Notes: generated by a model from the letters alone, not told the origin. Shown: positions 9,677-20,167, counted from the first letter of the stretch. The stretch is 64,000 nucleotides of DNA from Alphaproteobacteria bacterium (GCA_963555825.3 CAUVXB020000002.1:1632001-1696000); one strand, 5' to 3'. Made by a program: numbers and translations.

Positions 9677-10831
9677 TCAAGGGCGTCCGGTCAAGGCGTC
9701 GTCGAGCAGGGCGCGGACGTCGTCGAGATCGACCTCCAGGCTCAGGTATGCGTCGCCGATGCCACGCGCGAGCACAAACATGACGCGCCCGTCGCGAACC
9801 TTCTTGTCCTGCGCCATATGCGCGACCAGCCGATCGGCCGCGCCGTCGCCCCCGCCGAGCAGGTCGGCGGGCGAGATCGGCAGGCCGATCGAACCGAGCA
9901 ATGCGCGAAGCCGCGCCGCGTCGGCCGCCGCGCAGTGGCCGAGCCGGACCGACAGATCGAAGGCCAGCACCATGCCGATGGCGACCGCCTCGCCATGCAG
10001 CAGCCGCGCGCCGTAGCCGGTCTCGACCTCGAGCGCGTGGCCGAAAGTGTGACCCAGGTTGAGCAACGCGCGGATCCAGGACTCGCGCTCGTCGGCAGCG
10101 ACGATGCGGGCCTTGGCGTCGCAGCTCTTGATCACCGCGTGGCGTCGCGCGGCGCGGTCGCCGGCGATCAGGTCGTCGGCGTGCGTCTCGAGCCATGCGA
10201 AGAAGTCGCCGTCGTCGATCAGGCCGTATTTGACGACCTCGGCGAGGCCGGCGCGGAACTCGCGCGCGGGCAGACTGTCGAGCACGCCGATGTCGGCCAG
10301 CACCAGGCGCGGCTGATGGAAGGCGCCGACCAGGTTCTTGCCGTGCCGGGTGTCGATCGCGGTCTTGCCGCCGACCGAGCTGTCGACCTGGGCGAGCAAG
10401 GTGGTCGGCACCTGAACGATGTCGACGCCGCGCTTCAGGATCGCCGCGGCGAAGCCGGTGAGGTCGCCGATCACGCCGCCGCCCAGCGCGACGATCGCGT
10501 CGCCACGCGCGATCCTGGCGTCGAGCAGGTCGTCGATCAGCCGTTCGAGATGGCCGAAGTCCTTGGTCGCCTCGCCGGGCGGCAGGATCACCGCGCAATG
10601 CTCGATGCCGCCGCCGTCGAGCGCGCCGCACAACGGCTGCAGGTAGAGCGCCGCAACGGTTTCATCGGTCACCACGGCGACCCGATGGCCGGGCAGGACG
10701 GGGTGCAGATGGCGCGCCGCGTCGGCGATCAGACCGTCGCCGACGACGATATCATAGCTCCGCTCGCCGAGTTCGACGCGCAGCCGTGCGGGTGCGTCGC
10801 CGGCGCTGTCCGGGGTTATCTGCTGGTTCAT
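9677..10831 (-). CDS. aroB: 3-dehydroquinate synthase
   Basis: ALGGGVIGD, PTTLLAQVDSSVGGKT, LNLGHTFGHA and LHGEAV. Confidence 0.97.
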   Translation of the reverse strand: MNQQITPDSAGDAPARLRVELGERSYDIVVGDGLIADAARHLHPVLPGHRVAVVTDETVAALYLQPLCGALDGGGIEHCAVILPPGEATKDFGHLERLIDDLLDARIARGDAIVALGGGVIGDLTGFAAAILKRGVDIVQVPTTLLAQVDSSVGGKTAIDTRHGKNLVGAFHQPRLVLADIGVLDSLPAREFRAGLAEVVKYGLIDDGDFFAWLETHADDLIAGDRAARRHAVIKSCDAKARIVAADERESWIRALLNLGHTFGHALEVETGYGARLLHGEAVAIGMVLAFDLSVRLGHCAAADAARLRALLGSIGLPISPADLLGGGDGAADRLVAHMAQDKKVRDGRVMFVLARGIGDAYLSLEVDLDDVRALLDDALTGRP

Positions 10832-11385
10832 GCGGTGTCCGTCGCCGACGCTTTGTCACGCGCGGCCAACGCCTTGATGATCTTGTCGACGACCGCTTCG
10901 TGCGGACCGTTGACGCTGTCGACGACGATGTCGGCCTCGGCATAGACCGGATAGCGTTCGTCGATCAGGCGGCCCAGGATTTCGCGCGGATCGCCCTGCC
11001 ACAACAGGGGGCGGTTGTTGCGCCGCGCACAGCGTGCGGTGAGCACATCGAGGTCTGCGCGGAGCCAGATCGAGATGCCCTTCTCGGCGACCTTCGCGCG
11101 TGTTTCGGGATCGAGGAAGGCACCGCCACCGGTACCCAGCACGCCCGGCTGGTCGTTGAGCAAGCGCGCGATGACGCGACGCTCGCCGTCGCGGAAGGCG
11201 GCTTCGCCATGGGTCTCGAACATCTCGGTAATCGTGCGGCCCGCCGCGGTCTCGATCTCGGCGTCGGCATCGACGAACGAGACGCCGAGCCGGGACGCCA
11301 GGCGGCGTCCGACCGAGGTCTTGCCCGCGCCCATCAGCCCGACCAGTACGACGGATTTCTCGAGCTTCGGTTTGGTCTCAGCCAT
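10828..11385 (-). CDS. aroK: Shikimate kinase
   Basis: GLMGAGKTS P-loop, GEAAFR and TGGG. ATGA-coupled to aroB. Confidence 0.96.
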   Translation of the reverse strand: MAETKPKLEKSVVLVGLMGAGKTSVGRRLASRLGVSFVDADAEIETAAGRTITEMFETHGEAAFRDGERRVIARLLNDQPGVLGTGGGAFLDPETRAKVAEKGISIWLRADLDVLTARCARRNNRPLLWQGDPREILGRLIDERYPVYAEADIVVDSVNGPHEAVVDKIIKALAARDKASATDTA

Positions 11386-11560
11386 TCGGTTCCGTCCGTC
11401 GTGCCAAAGCCGGCGGGCTGCATCGTTGAATCGGTCCCCACAAGCCGGTAAACTGCCGCAAAATTGCCATTAATCCAATCTAGCATAGTTCCGTGCACCG
11501 CCGCACCCCGCCAACCAAGCCGCCAATCGCCACGCCGCCAATAGAATGACCGAGTAAGCC

Positions 11561-11722
11561 ATGCGCCGCGTTTCCGATTCCTCGACGCGACTGAATAGAC
11601 TGGCGATGCTCACCCTCGCCGTTCTCCTGGTGGCCGGCGTCGTCTTTCTCATGACGTGGGACATACCACCGCCCACGGCGTCGGTCGAAAGGTCCATCGC
11701 GGATGACCGTTTCCCGCAGTAG
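11561..11722 (+). CDS. Small single-TM membrane protein (53 aa, below ORF-track cutoff)
   Basis: Translated by hand: MRRVSDSSTRLNRLAMLTLAVLLVAGVVFLMTWDIPPPTASVERSIADDRFPQ*. Overlaps the start of the next gene. Confidence 0.7.
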   Translation: MRRVSDSSTRLNRLAMLTLAVLLVAGVVFLMTWDIPPPTASVERSIADDRFPQ

Positions 11723-13469
11723 CGCGGCGCTCGCGGCGCTTCTTGCCGTGACACTCGCCAGCGCGACGCCGCTCTGCGCCCAGACCACCGAACCCCTGCT
11801 TATCGTGCCCGAGCCGGCGCCCGAACCGGTCAGCCCGGGCGCATCGCCGCCGGCCGCCGACTTCAGCGTCGGCGGCGATGTCGTGCTGGTCGAGGAGATC
11901 GACCCCGAGGCGGTCGGCCTCTACGAAGAAGCCGACGGCGGGTTCGGTCTCGATATGTGGCGCGGCAGCGCGCGCGCGCTGGTCGAGCGGCTGCTGCCCA
12001 GGCTGCCCGCCGGCACCGCGCGGCCGGTGCTCAACGACCTCACCCGGCGGCTTCTGTTGTCGACCGCGCGGGCGCCCGAGGGACCCGGCGCGACGAGCCT
12101 CCTTGCGTTGCGCATCGAACGGCTGGCGGCGATGGGCGAGGCCGTGGCGATGGGCCATCTGCTGCGCGCCGCGCCGCCCGATCTCGACGCCGCCGCCTTC
12201 GCCCGTGCGCGCATCGACGCGCTGCTCTTGGCGGGCGACGACGTGGCGGCCTGTGCCCAGGCGCGCGACCTGATGCGTGGCGACGACGCGCCCTACTGGC
12301 AGCGCGTCGGAATCTTCTGCCAGGCGGCGGACGGCCGGACCGCGGCCGCCAATATGGGGCTCGATATGCTCGCCGAGAGCGGCGCGGCCGACGATCCGGC
12401 GTTCGAAGCGATCCTGCTGGCGCTGGCCGGCGACGACGACATCGAGATACACAGCCTGCGCGACCCGACCGCCCTGCACATCGCGATGATGCGGGCCGCC
12501 GGCCTGCCGGCGCCCGGCGACGCCGCAACCGGCGCCAGCCCGTCGATCGCGCGTGCCATCGCGCTCGATCGCGCCATGCCGCTCGAGACGCGGCTGCTCG
12601 CCGCCGAGCGTGCCGAAGCGATCGGCGTGCTGCCGACCGAAACGCTGATCGAGCTCTATTCCAGCGTCGCCTTCGGCGCGGACGAGCTGGCCAATCCGCT
12701 GAGCCTTACCAGCGGCGATTACGGGCCGATGGCGCGCGCGCTCTTGTACCAGGCGATCGACATTCAGATTGGCCCGGCGGCGCGCGGCGAGGTGCTGCGC
12801 GCCTATCTGCAACACGCCCGCGAGGTCGGCGGCTGGCCGGGTTTCGCGACCGCATCGCGGGTCGCGCTCGGTCCGCTCATGCGTCTGGCGCCGTCGCCGT
12901 CGCTCGGCTGGATGGCGGGCGACGCCGTGCGCGCCCTGCTCGTCACGGGCCGCCACGATGTCGCGCGCGTCTGGCTCAGGCTGGCGGCCTCGGTGGCGTC
13001 GGTCGACGCGGAAGCGAAGGCCGCGGTCCAGTCGATCTGGCCGCTGCTGCGCCTGATCGACGACGAGGGCCGCTTGCCGTGGAGCGAAGCCCGCCTCGCC
13101 GCCTGGTGGGAAAGTCAAGAGGCCGCACCCGTTGTCATCCGCCGCGAGCGTGCTGAGATGCTGTTCGGCCTGCTCGGCGCGCTCGGCGACGAGGTTCCGG
13201 CCGAGGCCCTGCTGTCGATGCTCGAGGGCCGGCTGAGCAAGTGGTCGAAAACGCCGTCGCCGGCGCTTTGGCTACAGCTCCACGCCGCGGCCAACGGCGC
13301 GCGCCTCGCCGAGACCGTGATGCTCGTCCTGATCGCGCTGGATCCCGCGGTGCCCCGGCCGATCGACCCGCTGACCGCGTCGACGGCGATCTCGGCGCTC
13401 TACCGTGTCGGTCTGGTCGTCGAGGCGCGCGCGCTCGCGCTCGAGCTGGCGCTGGCCAGTGGCCTCTAA
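11703..13469 (+). CDS. Conserved hypothetical exported helical protein upstream of xerD
   Basis: Signal-peptide-like N-terminus, GGFGLDMWRGS motif and host-like codon usage. Typical aroK/xerD neighbourhood. Confidence 0.8.
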   Translation: MTVSRSSAALAALLAVTLASATPLCAQTTEPLLIVPEPAPEPVSPGASPPAADFSVGGDVVLVEEIDPEAVGLYEEADGGFGLDMWRGSARALVERLLPRLPAGTARPVLNDLTRRLLLSTARAPEGPGATSLLALRIERLAAMGEAVAMGHLLRAAPPDLDAAAFARARIDALLLAGDDVAACAQARDLMRGDDAPYWQRVGIFCQAADGRTAAANMGLDMLAESGAADDPAFEAILLALAGDDDIEIHSLRDPTALHIAMMRAAGLPAPGDAATGASPSIARAIALDRAMPLETRLLAAERAEAIGVLPTETLIELYSSVAFGADELANPLSLTSGDYGPMARALLYQAIDIQIGPAARGEVLRAYLQHAREVGGWPGFATASRVALGPLMRLAPSPSLGWMAGDAVRALLVTGRHDVARVWLRLAASVASVDAEAKAAVQSIWPLLRLIDDEGRLPWSEARLAAWWESQEAAPVVIRRERAEMLFGLLGALGDEVPAEALLSMLEGRLSKWSKTPSPALWLQLHAAANGARLAETVMLVLIALDPAVPRPIDPLTASTAISALYRVGLVVEARALALELALASGL

Positions 13470-14415
13470 GCAAACCGAACCGAAGATCGAACTCGCGCCG
13501 GGCGACGCGCGCCACGTCGACAGCTTTCTCGAGATGCTCGCCGCCGAGCGTGGCGCCGCCCGGTTGACGATCGACGCCTATCGCCGCGACCTGACCGACT
13601 TCGCCCGATTCGCCGGCGGCAGCGGCCGCGCCATCGCCGACGCCGACGCCGAGACGGTGCGCGGCTATCTGTCGCATCTGGCGACGCGCATGGCGCCCGG
13701 CACCAGCGCCCGCCGCCTGTCCTGCCTGCGCCAGTTCTACCGCTTCCTGTTCGCCGAAGATCTGCGCGCCGACGACCCGACGGCGACGATCGCGAGCCCG
13801 AGAAAATCCAAGCCGCTGCCCAAGGTGCTCGGCGAGGACGAGGTCGAACGCCTGCTCGCCGCGGCGCGGGCGCGCGAGGGCGCGCGTGGTCGGCGCCTGG
13901 TCGCGCTGGTCGAACTGTTGTACGCCACCGGCCTGCGCGTCACCGAACTGGTCGGCCTGCCGCTCGCGGCGATGGGCGGCGATCCGCGATTCTTGATGGT
14001 CACCGGCAAGGGCGGCAAGGATCGCCTGGTGCCAATGGGCGAGGTCGCGCTGCGCGCCGTCGCCGATTATCTCGAGGTACGCGCGGCGTTCGTGCCGGAC
14101 GGTAAAGTGTCGCCCTGGCTGTTCCCGTCGCGCGGCCGCTCGGGCCATCTGACGCGCCTGCGCTTCGGCCAGCTCTTGAAGGAACTCGCCGTCGAGGCGG
14201 CGATCAAGCCTGAGCGCGTCTCGCCCCATGTGCTGCGCCACGCCTTCGCGAGCCACCTGTTGGCGCATGGCGCGGACTTGCGCGCGGTCCAGAAAATGCT
14301 CGGCCATGCCGACATCGCGACGACGCAGATCTACACCCATGTGCTCGACGAACGGCTCAAGGCGCTGGTCCGCGACCACCACCCGTTGGCCGGCGGCGAT
14401 CGGCGTCGGGGTTGA
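13459..14415 (+). CDS. xerD: Tyrosine recombinase XerD
   Basis: TIDAYRRDL, LYATGLRVTEL, GKGGKDR, SPHVLRHAFASHLL and LGHADIATTQIYTHV. GTG start inferred. Confidence 0.93.
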   Translation: MASKQTEPKIELAPGDARHVDSFLEMLAAERGAARLTIDAYRRDLTDFARFAGGSGRAIADADAETVRGYLSHLATRMAPGTSARRLSCLRQFYRFLFAEDLRADDPTATIASPRKSKPLPKVLGEDEVERLLAAARAREGARGRRLVALVELLYATGLRVTELVGLPLAAMGGDPRFLMVTGKGGKDRLVPMGEVALRAVADYLEVRAAFVPDGKVSPWLFPSRGRSGHLTRLRFGQLLKELAVEAAIKPERVSPHVLRHAFASHLLAHGADLRAVQKMLGHADIATTQIYTHVLDERLKALVRDHHPLAGGDRRRG

Positions 14416-14484
14416 CATCGGGCGCCCAACGCGGGATACCCCGGCGCCAGTTTGCCAATCACAATCGTCGTCGGGGGGAATGAC

Positions 14485-15459
14485 ATGAGCTTTCACATCG
14501 TCGAGCAGGCCACGCCCAGGCTGCACCGCAGCGAACTCGCCGTGCCCGGGAGCGAGACCAAGCTGTTCGAGAAGGCGGCCGCGTCGAGCGCGGACGTCGT
14601 GTTCCTCGATCTCGAGGACGCCGTCGCGCCCGACGACAAAGTGCAGGCGCGCAAGAACGTCATCGAGGCGGTCAACGATATCGACTGGAGCGGCAAGACC
14701 ATCACCATTCGCGTCAACGGCCTCGACACCCATTTCATGTACCGCGACGTGGTCGACGTCGTCGAGCAGACCGGCGGCAGGCTCGACATGATCATGATTC
14801 CCAAGGTCGGCAACGCCGCCGACGTCTATGCGCTCGACATGATGGTGACGCAGATCGAGGACGCCATGGGCTATGATAAGCGCATCGGCTTCTCGCTGAT
14901 CATCGAGACCGCGCTGGGCATGGAGAACGTCGGCGCCATCGCCGGCGCCAGCCCGCGCAACGAGGCGCTGCACTTCGGCGTCGCTGATTATGCCGCCTCG
15001 ACCCGGGCGCGTACGACCAACATCGGCGGCGTCAGCCCGGGCTATGTCGTCTTGACCGATCCGGACGACGACGGCGGGCGCGAGACCCACTGGGGCGACA
15101 TGTGGCACATGGCCGTTGCGCGCATGGTGGTCGCCGCGCGCGCCCACGGCCTGCGCCCGATCGACGGCCCGTTCGGCGACTTCAAGGACGCCGACGGCTA
15201 TCGCGCCGCGGCGCACCGCGTGGCGGCGCTCGGCTGCGAGGGCAAATGGGCGATCCACCCGTCGCAGATCGCGCTCGCCAACGAGGTGTTCAGCCCGTCC
15301 GACGCCGAGATCGACAAGGCGCACCGCATCATCGAGGCGATGGCCCAGGCGGCGCGCGACGGCAAGGGCGCGGTCTCGCTCGACGGCCGGTTGATCGACA
15401 TCGCCTCGATCCGCCAAGCCGAGGCGCTGGTCAAGAAGGCCGAGATGATCGCGGGTTAG
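14485..15459 (+). CDS. mcl: L-malyl-CoA/beta-methylmalyl-CoA lyase (CitE family)
   Basis: MSFHIVEQATPRLHRSELAVPGS, FLDLEDAVAPDDK and GKWAIHPSQI closely resemble Methylobacterium-type MclA as recalled. TTGACA at 14412 is a candidate promoter. Confidence 0.88.
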   Translation: MSFHIVEQATPRLHRSELAVPGSETKLFEKAAASSADVVFLDLEDAVAPDDKVQARKNVIEAVNDIDWSGKTITIRVNGLDTHFMYRDVVDVVEQTGGRLDMIMIPKVGNAADVYALDMMVTQIEDAMGYDKRIGFSLIIETALGMENVGAIAGASPRNEALHFGVADYAASTRARTTNIGGVSPGYVVLTDPDDDGGRETHWGDMWHMAVARMVVAARAHGLRPIDGPFGDFKDADGYRAAAHRVAALGCEGKWAIHPSQIALANEVFSPSDAEIDKAHRIIEAMAQAARDGKGAVSLDGRLIDIASIRQAEALVKKAEMIAG

Positions 15460-15464
15460 AGTTT

Positions 15465-15584
15465 TTGTGCGGCCATCTTTGGTGACCTGCGTTCAGTCGC
15501 CGCGCAAGCCACTCTTTATCCCACAAGGATTGGCCGGACGGTCGACGGCCCCCCTCTTGTCCCAATAAGACTGGCGCGGGCTGG
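15465..15584 (+). repeat. Modular hairpin repeat, copy B (one unit, 15508-15527)
   Basis: Aligns with the other four copies and starts about 5 nt after the mcl stop. Confidence 0.9.
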
Positions 15585-15668
15585 CGGAATTCCATCTACG
15601 TTCGGGCTCGTTGCCCGGGAACGATTACAATCGTTCCCGGCGCGGCGCTGTGTTAACAAATTCAGATC

Positions 15669-16625
15669 ATGAGTACCTATCTCGATTTCGAGAAGCCGAT
15701 CGCCGAGCTCGAGGGCAAGATCAAGGAACTGCGCCATCTCTCCGACGGTGGCGAGATCAATATCGTCGACGAGATCACGCGCCTGCAGACCCGCGTCGAC
15801 CGTCTGCTGCGCCAGACCTATGGTAAGCTGACGCCGTGGCAAAAGACGCTGGTCGCGCGGCATCCCGAGCGGCCGCATTTTTCCGACTACATCGACGCTT
15901 TGATCGAGGATTTTACGCCGCTCGCGGGCGACCGTACCTATGCCGAGGACAAGGCGATCATCGGTGGGCTGGGGCGCTTTCGCGGCCTGTCGGTCATGGT
16001 CATCGGCCACGAAAAGGGCGCCGACACCGATGAGCGCATCGCACACAACTTCGGCATGGCGCGGCCCGAGGGCTACCGCAAGGCGGCGCGCCTGATGCGC
16101 CTCGCCGACCGCTTCGGCCTCGCCGTCATCACGCTGGTCGACACGCCGGGCGCCTATCCCGGCATCGGCGCCGAGGAACGCGGCCAGGCCGAGGCCATCG
16201 CGCGCTCGATCGAGACCTGCCTGGACCTGCGGGTGCCGCTGGTCAGCGCGATCATCGGCGAGGGCGGCTCGGGCGGCGCCATCGCGCTGGCCGTCGCCAA
16301 CCGCGTGCTGATGCTCGAGCACTCGGTCTACTCGGTGATCTCGCCCGAGGGTTGCGCCTCGATCCTGTGGCGCAGCGGCGAGAAGGCCGAGGAAGCGGCC
16401 AACGCGCTCAAGCTGACCGCCGCCGATCTGCTCGAGCTCGGCGTCATCGATCGGCTCATCGACGAGCCGGTCGGCGGCGCCCACCGCGACCCGGCGGCGA
16501 CCGCCGTGGCGCTCGGCGACGCCATCGAGGCGGCGCTCGACGACCTGGTCGGCGTCTCGGCCGGCCAACTCAAGAGCCGGCGCCACGAGAAATTCATGAA
16601 GATAGGCCGCGTCGCCGAGACCTGA
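15669..16625 (+). CDS. accA: Acetyl-CoA carboxylase carboxyltransferase alpha
   Basis: [31 protein letters not shown] and GEGGSGGA. Confidence 0.97.
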   Translation: MSTYLDFEKPIAELEGKIKELRHLSDGGEINIVDEITRLQTRVDRLLRQTYGKLTPWQKTLVARHPERPHFSDYIDALIEDFTPLAGDRTYAEDKAIIGGLGRFRGLSVMVIGHEKGADTDERIAHNFGMARPEGYRKAARLMRLADRFGLAVITLVDTPGAYPGIGAEERGQAEAIARSIETCLDLRVPLVSAIIGEGGSGGAIALAVANRVLMLEHSVYSVISPEGCASILWRSGEKAEEAANALKLTAADLLELGVIDRLIDEPVGGAHRDPAATAVALGDAIEAALDDLVGVSAGQLKSRRHEKFMKIGRVAET

Positions 16626-16654
16626 CGGCGCGGCGGACAAGGAGCCTCGCCGTC

Positions 16655-17797
16655 ATGAGCCACGACGTCACCGAAGAAGCGCTGCCGGCGATCAGCCCGG
16701 GCACGGCGCGCTCACTCACGGTACACCGCTTCGGCGATGCCGCGGCGCGACCCAAGGCCTATCTGCACGCCGGCACCCACGCCGACGATATCCCCGGCAT
16801 GCTGGTGCTGCACCACCTGATCGGCCGGCTGATCGAGGCCGACCGGGCGGGCGACATCGTCGGCCATCTGGTGATCGTGCCGGTCGCCAACCCGATCGGT
16901 CTGTCGCAGCGCGCCAACGACAAGCTGATGGGGCGCCACGATTTCTCCGGCGGCGAGAACTTCAATCGCAACTTCGCCGACCTCGCCGAGGCGGTCACCG
17001 ACGAGGCCGGCGCGGCGCTCGGCGACGACGCGGCGGCCAATGTCGCGGCGATCCGCGCCGCGATGGCCGATTGGCTGGCCGCCAAGACGCCGGCGACCCA
17101 GCTCGAGGCGCAGCGTGTCACGCTCATGCGGCTCGCCGTCGACGCCGACATCGTGCTCGACCTGCATTGCGATTCCGAAGCCGTCATGCACCTCTTCCTG
17201 GGCAACCACCTGTGGCCCGACGCGGCCGATCTGTCGGCGCAGATCGGTAGCGAGGCGACCATGCTGGCGGTCGATTCGGGCGGTTCACCATTCGACGAGG
17301 CGCTCGGCCGGCCGTGGGCCGCGCTCGCCGAGCATTTCGCCGACAAAGCCATTCCGCCGGCCTGCCTCTCGGCCACCGTCGAGCTGCGCGGCACCGCCGA
17401 CGTCGACGACGCGATGGCCGCGACCGACGCCGACAACCTGTTCCGCTTCCTGCAGCGCCGCGGCGTCGTCGCCGGCGATCCCGGCCCGCTGCCCGAAGCC
17501 AAATGCGACGCGACGCCGTTCGAGGGCACCGACATGATCGTCGCACCGGTCGCCGGCGTCGTGGTCTACCACAAGGCGCCGGGCGACCGCGTCGCCGCCG
17601 GCGAGATCGTCGCCGAGATCGTCGACCCGATCGCCGCCGACCCGACGAAAGCGCGCACGCCGCTGACCAGTCGCGCGGCGGGCGTCATGGTCGGCCGACA
17701 CCTGATGAAGTTCGCCCGCCCCGGCGAGCACATCTGCAAGGTCGCCGGGCCCGAGCCGCTGCCCGACCGCGTCGGCGGCAATCTGATGACGGATTAG
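16655..17797 (+). CDS. Succinylglutamate desuccinylase/aspartoacylase (M14-like) family protein
   Basis: AGTHADDIPG (D where E is usual), ANPIG, NFNRNF, LDLHCD, TVELRG and a C-terminal barrel domain. Confidence 0.85.
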   Translation: MSHDVTEEALPAISPGTARSLTVHRFGDAAARPKAYLHAGTHADDIPGMLVLHHLIGRLIEADRAGDIVGHLVIVPVANPIGLSQRANDKLMGRHDFSGGENFNRNFADLAEAVTDEAGAALGDDAAANVAAIRAAMADWLAAKTPATQLEAQRVTLMRLAVDADIVLDLHCDSEAVMHLFLGNHLWPDAADLSAQIGSEATMLAVDSGGSPFDEALGRPWAALAEHFADKAIPPACLSATVELRGTADVDDAMAATDADNLFRFLQRRGVVAGDPGPLPEAKCDATPFEGTDMIVAPVAGVVVYHKAPGDRVAAGEIVAEIVDPIAADPTKARTPLTSRAAGVMVGRHLMKFARPGEHICKVAGPEPLPDRVGGNLMTD

Positions 17798-17798
17798 G

Positions 17799-18013
17799 TT
17801 TCCGGTCACCCTTTTGTGTGGTCACCTTCGGTGACCTGCGCTCAATCGCCGCGCATGCCAATCTTTATCCCACAAGGCCATTCTTAATCCCACAAGGCCA
17901 TTCTTGATCCCATAAGGCCAGTCTTGATCCCATAAGGCCAGTCTTGATCCCATAAGGACTGGCCGAACGGTTGGCGGCCCCCCTCTTGTCCGATTAAGAC
18001 TGTCGCGGGCTGG
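17799..18013 (+). repeat. Modular hairpin repeat, copy C (five tandem 20-nt units, 17857-17956)
   Basis: GCCA(A/T/G)TCTT(T/A/G)ATCCCA(C/T)AAG x5 between the conserved left and right modules. Confidence 0.95.
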
Positions 18014-18039
18014 CATCATCCGATTGATCGGATGATGCT

Positions 18040-18837
18040 CTATGCATTCCCCGCGAAATATCGCCCTGGCGTCGTGCCGAGGGCCTTCTTGAACATGGCG
18101 ATGAAGGCGCTCGGGCTGTCGTAGCCGAGGTCGAGCGCGACGGTGGTGACCGGTTCGCCGGCCGCCAGCCAGGCCAGCGCGGTCATCAGCCGCGCCTGCT
18201 GGCGCCACTGGTGGAAGGTCATGCCGGTCTCGCGGTGGAACAGCCGCGCCAGCGTGCGCGCACTGGCGCCCGCCGTTTCGGCCCATTGCGCGAGCGTGCG
18301 GCCGTCGCCCGGCGCCACGGCCAGCGCGTCGGTAACGCCGCGCAGGCGCCGGTCGCGCGCCGCCGGCAGGTGCAGCGGCACGACCGGGAGCGTTCGGATG
18401 CGATCGAGGATGACCGCCATCAGCCGTGCCTCGGGGCCGGCCTCGAGATAGGCCGCCTCGAAACCCATCGCCTCGAGGATCAACGCGCGCAGCAGCGGTG
18501 GCACGGCGACGACGCAGCACGCCTCGGGCAGCCAGGGCGCCGCGTCGGGCGCGATGTAGAGCGTCCGCATGGCGACCGGCCCGCGCATGCGGATGCGGTG
18601 CTCGGTCTCGGCCGGCACCCAAACCGCGCGCTCGGGCGGCACCACCCAGGTGCCTTGCGCCGTCGCCACCACCATGACGCCCACCGAGGCGTAGACCAGT
18701 TGCGCCGAGCGATGCCGGTGCGGCGCGATGCGGAAGCCCGCCGGATAATCGGCGGCGCCGGCGGCGACCGGGCGGACCAGCGCGTCGGGATCGACCGAAT
18801 CGTAAATCGTCGGTTGGGTTTGACCCGATTTCGACAT
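18040..18837 (-). CDS. AraC-family regulator (cupin + HTH)
   Basis: PHRHRSAQLVYA cupin, GMTFHQWRQQARL and LGYDSPSAFIAMFKK. Confidence 0.93.
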   Translation of the reverse strand: MSKSGQTQPTIYDSVDPDALVRPVAAGAADYPAGFRIAPHRHRSAQLVYASVGVMVVATAQGTWVVPPERAVWVPAETEHRIRMRGPVAMRTLYIAPDAAPWLPEACCVVAVPPLLRALILEAMGFEAAYLEAGPEARLMAVILDRIRTLPVVPLHLPAARDRRLRGVTDALAVAPGDGRTLAQWAETAGASARTLARLFHRETGMTFHQWRQQARLMTALAWLAAGEPVTTVALDLGYDSPSAFIAMFKKALGTTPGRYFAGNA

Positions 18838-18891
18838 TAACTGTCAGAATAGCGAAAGATTGTCGCAAACGCGACCCTTAGATTGATCGTC

Positions 18892-20088
18892 ATGACGACA
18901 CGTCGCAGATCGCTGATCTTCGTCCATCTCGGGCATAGCTACGACCACCTGTTCATGCTGCTGTTCCCGACCGTGGTGCTCGCGCTCGAGGACGAGTTCG
19001 GCCGCTCCTACGGCGAGCTGCTGACGCTCTCGGTGTGGGGCTTCATCGCCTTCGGCGCCGGCACCCTGCCGGCCGGCTGGCTGGGCGACCGCTGGAGCCG
19101 GCGCGGCATGATGGTCGTCTTCTTCCTCGGCATCGGCGCCTCGTCGGTGCTGACCGGGCTCGCCACCTCGACCGTCGGCATCGCCGTCGGCCTCGCGTCG
19201 ATCGGCCTGTTCGCCTCGATCTACCACCCGATCGGCACGGCGATGGTGGTCGGCGGCGCGGCCGAGCCGGGCCGGGCGCTCGGCGTCAACGGCGTGTGGG
19301 GCAACATGGGCGTCGCCGCGGCGGCGCTGATCGCCGGCGCGCTGACCGATTGGGTCGGCTGGCGCGCCGCCTTCATCGTTCCCGGCGTGATCGCGGTCGC
19401 GACCGGTCTGGTTTACGCCGTGACGCTGCGCGATGGCGCCGAGCGATCGGTCGCCGCCGCGCCGGCCGCCGCGCCGGCGCCGAGCCGCGCGGCGCAGGTC
19501 CGCGCCTATATCGTGCTTGCCGTCGCGGCGCTCTGTGGCGGGGTCATCTTCAACGCGATCATCGTCGCCATGCCCAAGATCTTCGACGAGCGGCTGGCCG
19601 GCCTGGTCGACACGACCTTCGGCGTCGGCGGGCTGTTGGCGATCGTCTACGCCGTCGCCGCCTTCACCCAGATCATCGTCGGTCGGCTGATCGACCGCCA
19701 CGCGCTCAAGCCGATCTTCCTGGCGCTGCTGCTCGCCCAGCCGCCGGTCTTCCTGCTCGCCGCCGGCGCCGAGGGCTGGCCGCTGTTGATCGCCGCCCTG
19801 GCCGCCATGGTGCTGGTGTTTGGCGAGATCCCGATCCACGAGACGATCGTCGCGCGCTACACCGCCGACGCCTGGCGCTCGCGCGCCTATGCGCTGAAGT
19901 ATGTGCTTGGCCTGGGCGTCGCCGCGTTGGGCGTGCCGCTGGTCGCCTTCGTGTACCAGACGAGCAGCGGCTTTGCCTGGCTCTTCGTTATCTATGCCGG
20001 GCTCGCGCTGGTCATCGCTGCCACCGCGCTGCTGCTGCCCGGCGAACCGGCGCCGCGCCCGGTGACCGCCGCGGCCGCGGCCGAATAG
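18892..20088 (+). CDS. MFS transporter
   Basis: About 12 hydrophobic segments, GWLGDRWSRR motif A and IYHP. Divergent from AraC. Confidence 0.9.
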   Translation: MTTRRRSLIFVHLGHSYDHLFMLLFPTVVLALEDEFGRSYGELLTLSVWGFIAFGAGTLPAGWLGDRWSRRGMMVVFFLGIGASSVLTGLATSTVGIAVGLASIGLFASIYHPIGTAMVVGGAAEPGRALGVNGVWGNMGVAAAALIAGALTDWVGWRAAFIVPGVIAVATGLVYAVTLRDGAERSVAAAPAAAPAPSRAAQVRAYIVLAVAALCGGVIFNAIIVAMPKIFDERLAGLVDTTFGVGGLLAIVYAVAAFTQIIVGRLIDRHALKPIFLALLLAQPPVFLLAAGAEGWPLLIAALAAMVLVFGEIPIHETIVARYTADAWRSRAYALKYVLGLGVAALGVPLVAFVYQTSSGFAWLFVIYAGLALVIAATALLLPGEPAPRPVTAAAAAE

Positions 20089-20167
20089 GCTTTGCCCGCA
20101 AGAAGCGGATGTCGGCGGTCGTCGCGTCGCGCTTAACTGCCCCGGACGACAACCCGGGGAGGCGATC

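Noticed and set aside
13459-15584. XerD plus repeats as an integron with attC cassettes
   Set aside because: The recombinase looks like ordinary chromosomal XerD in its usual context. The repeats lack consistent RYYYAAC/GTTRRRY cores and are not arrayed.
17857-17956. Five 20-nt repeats as a CRISPR array
   Set aside because: Units are contiguous with no unique spacers, there are no cas genes, and they are part of the dispersed modular repeat.
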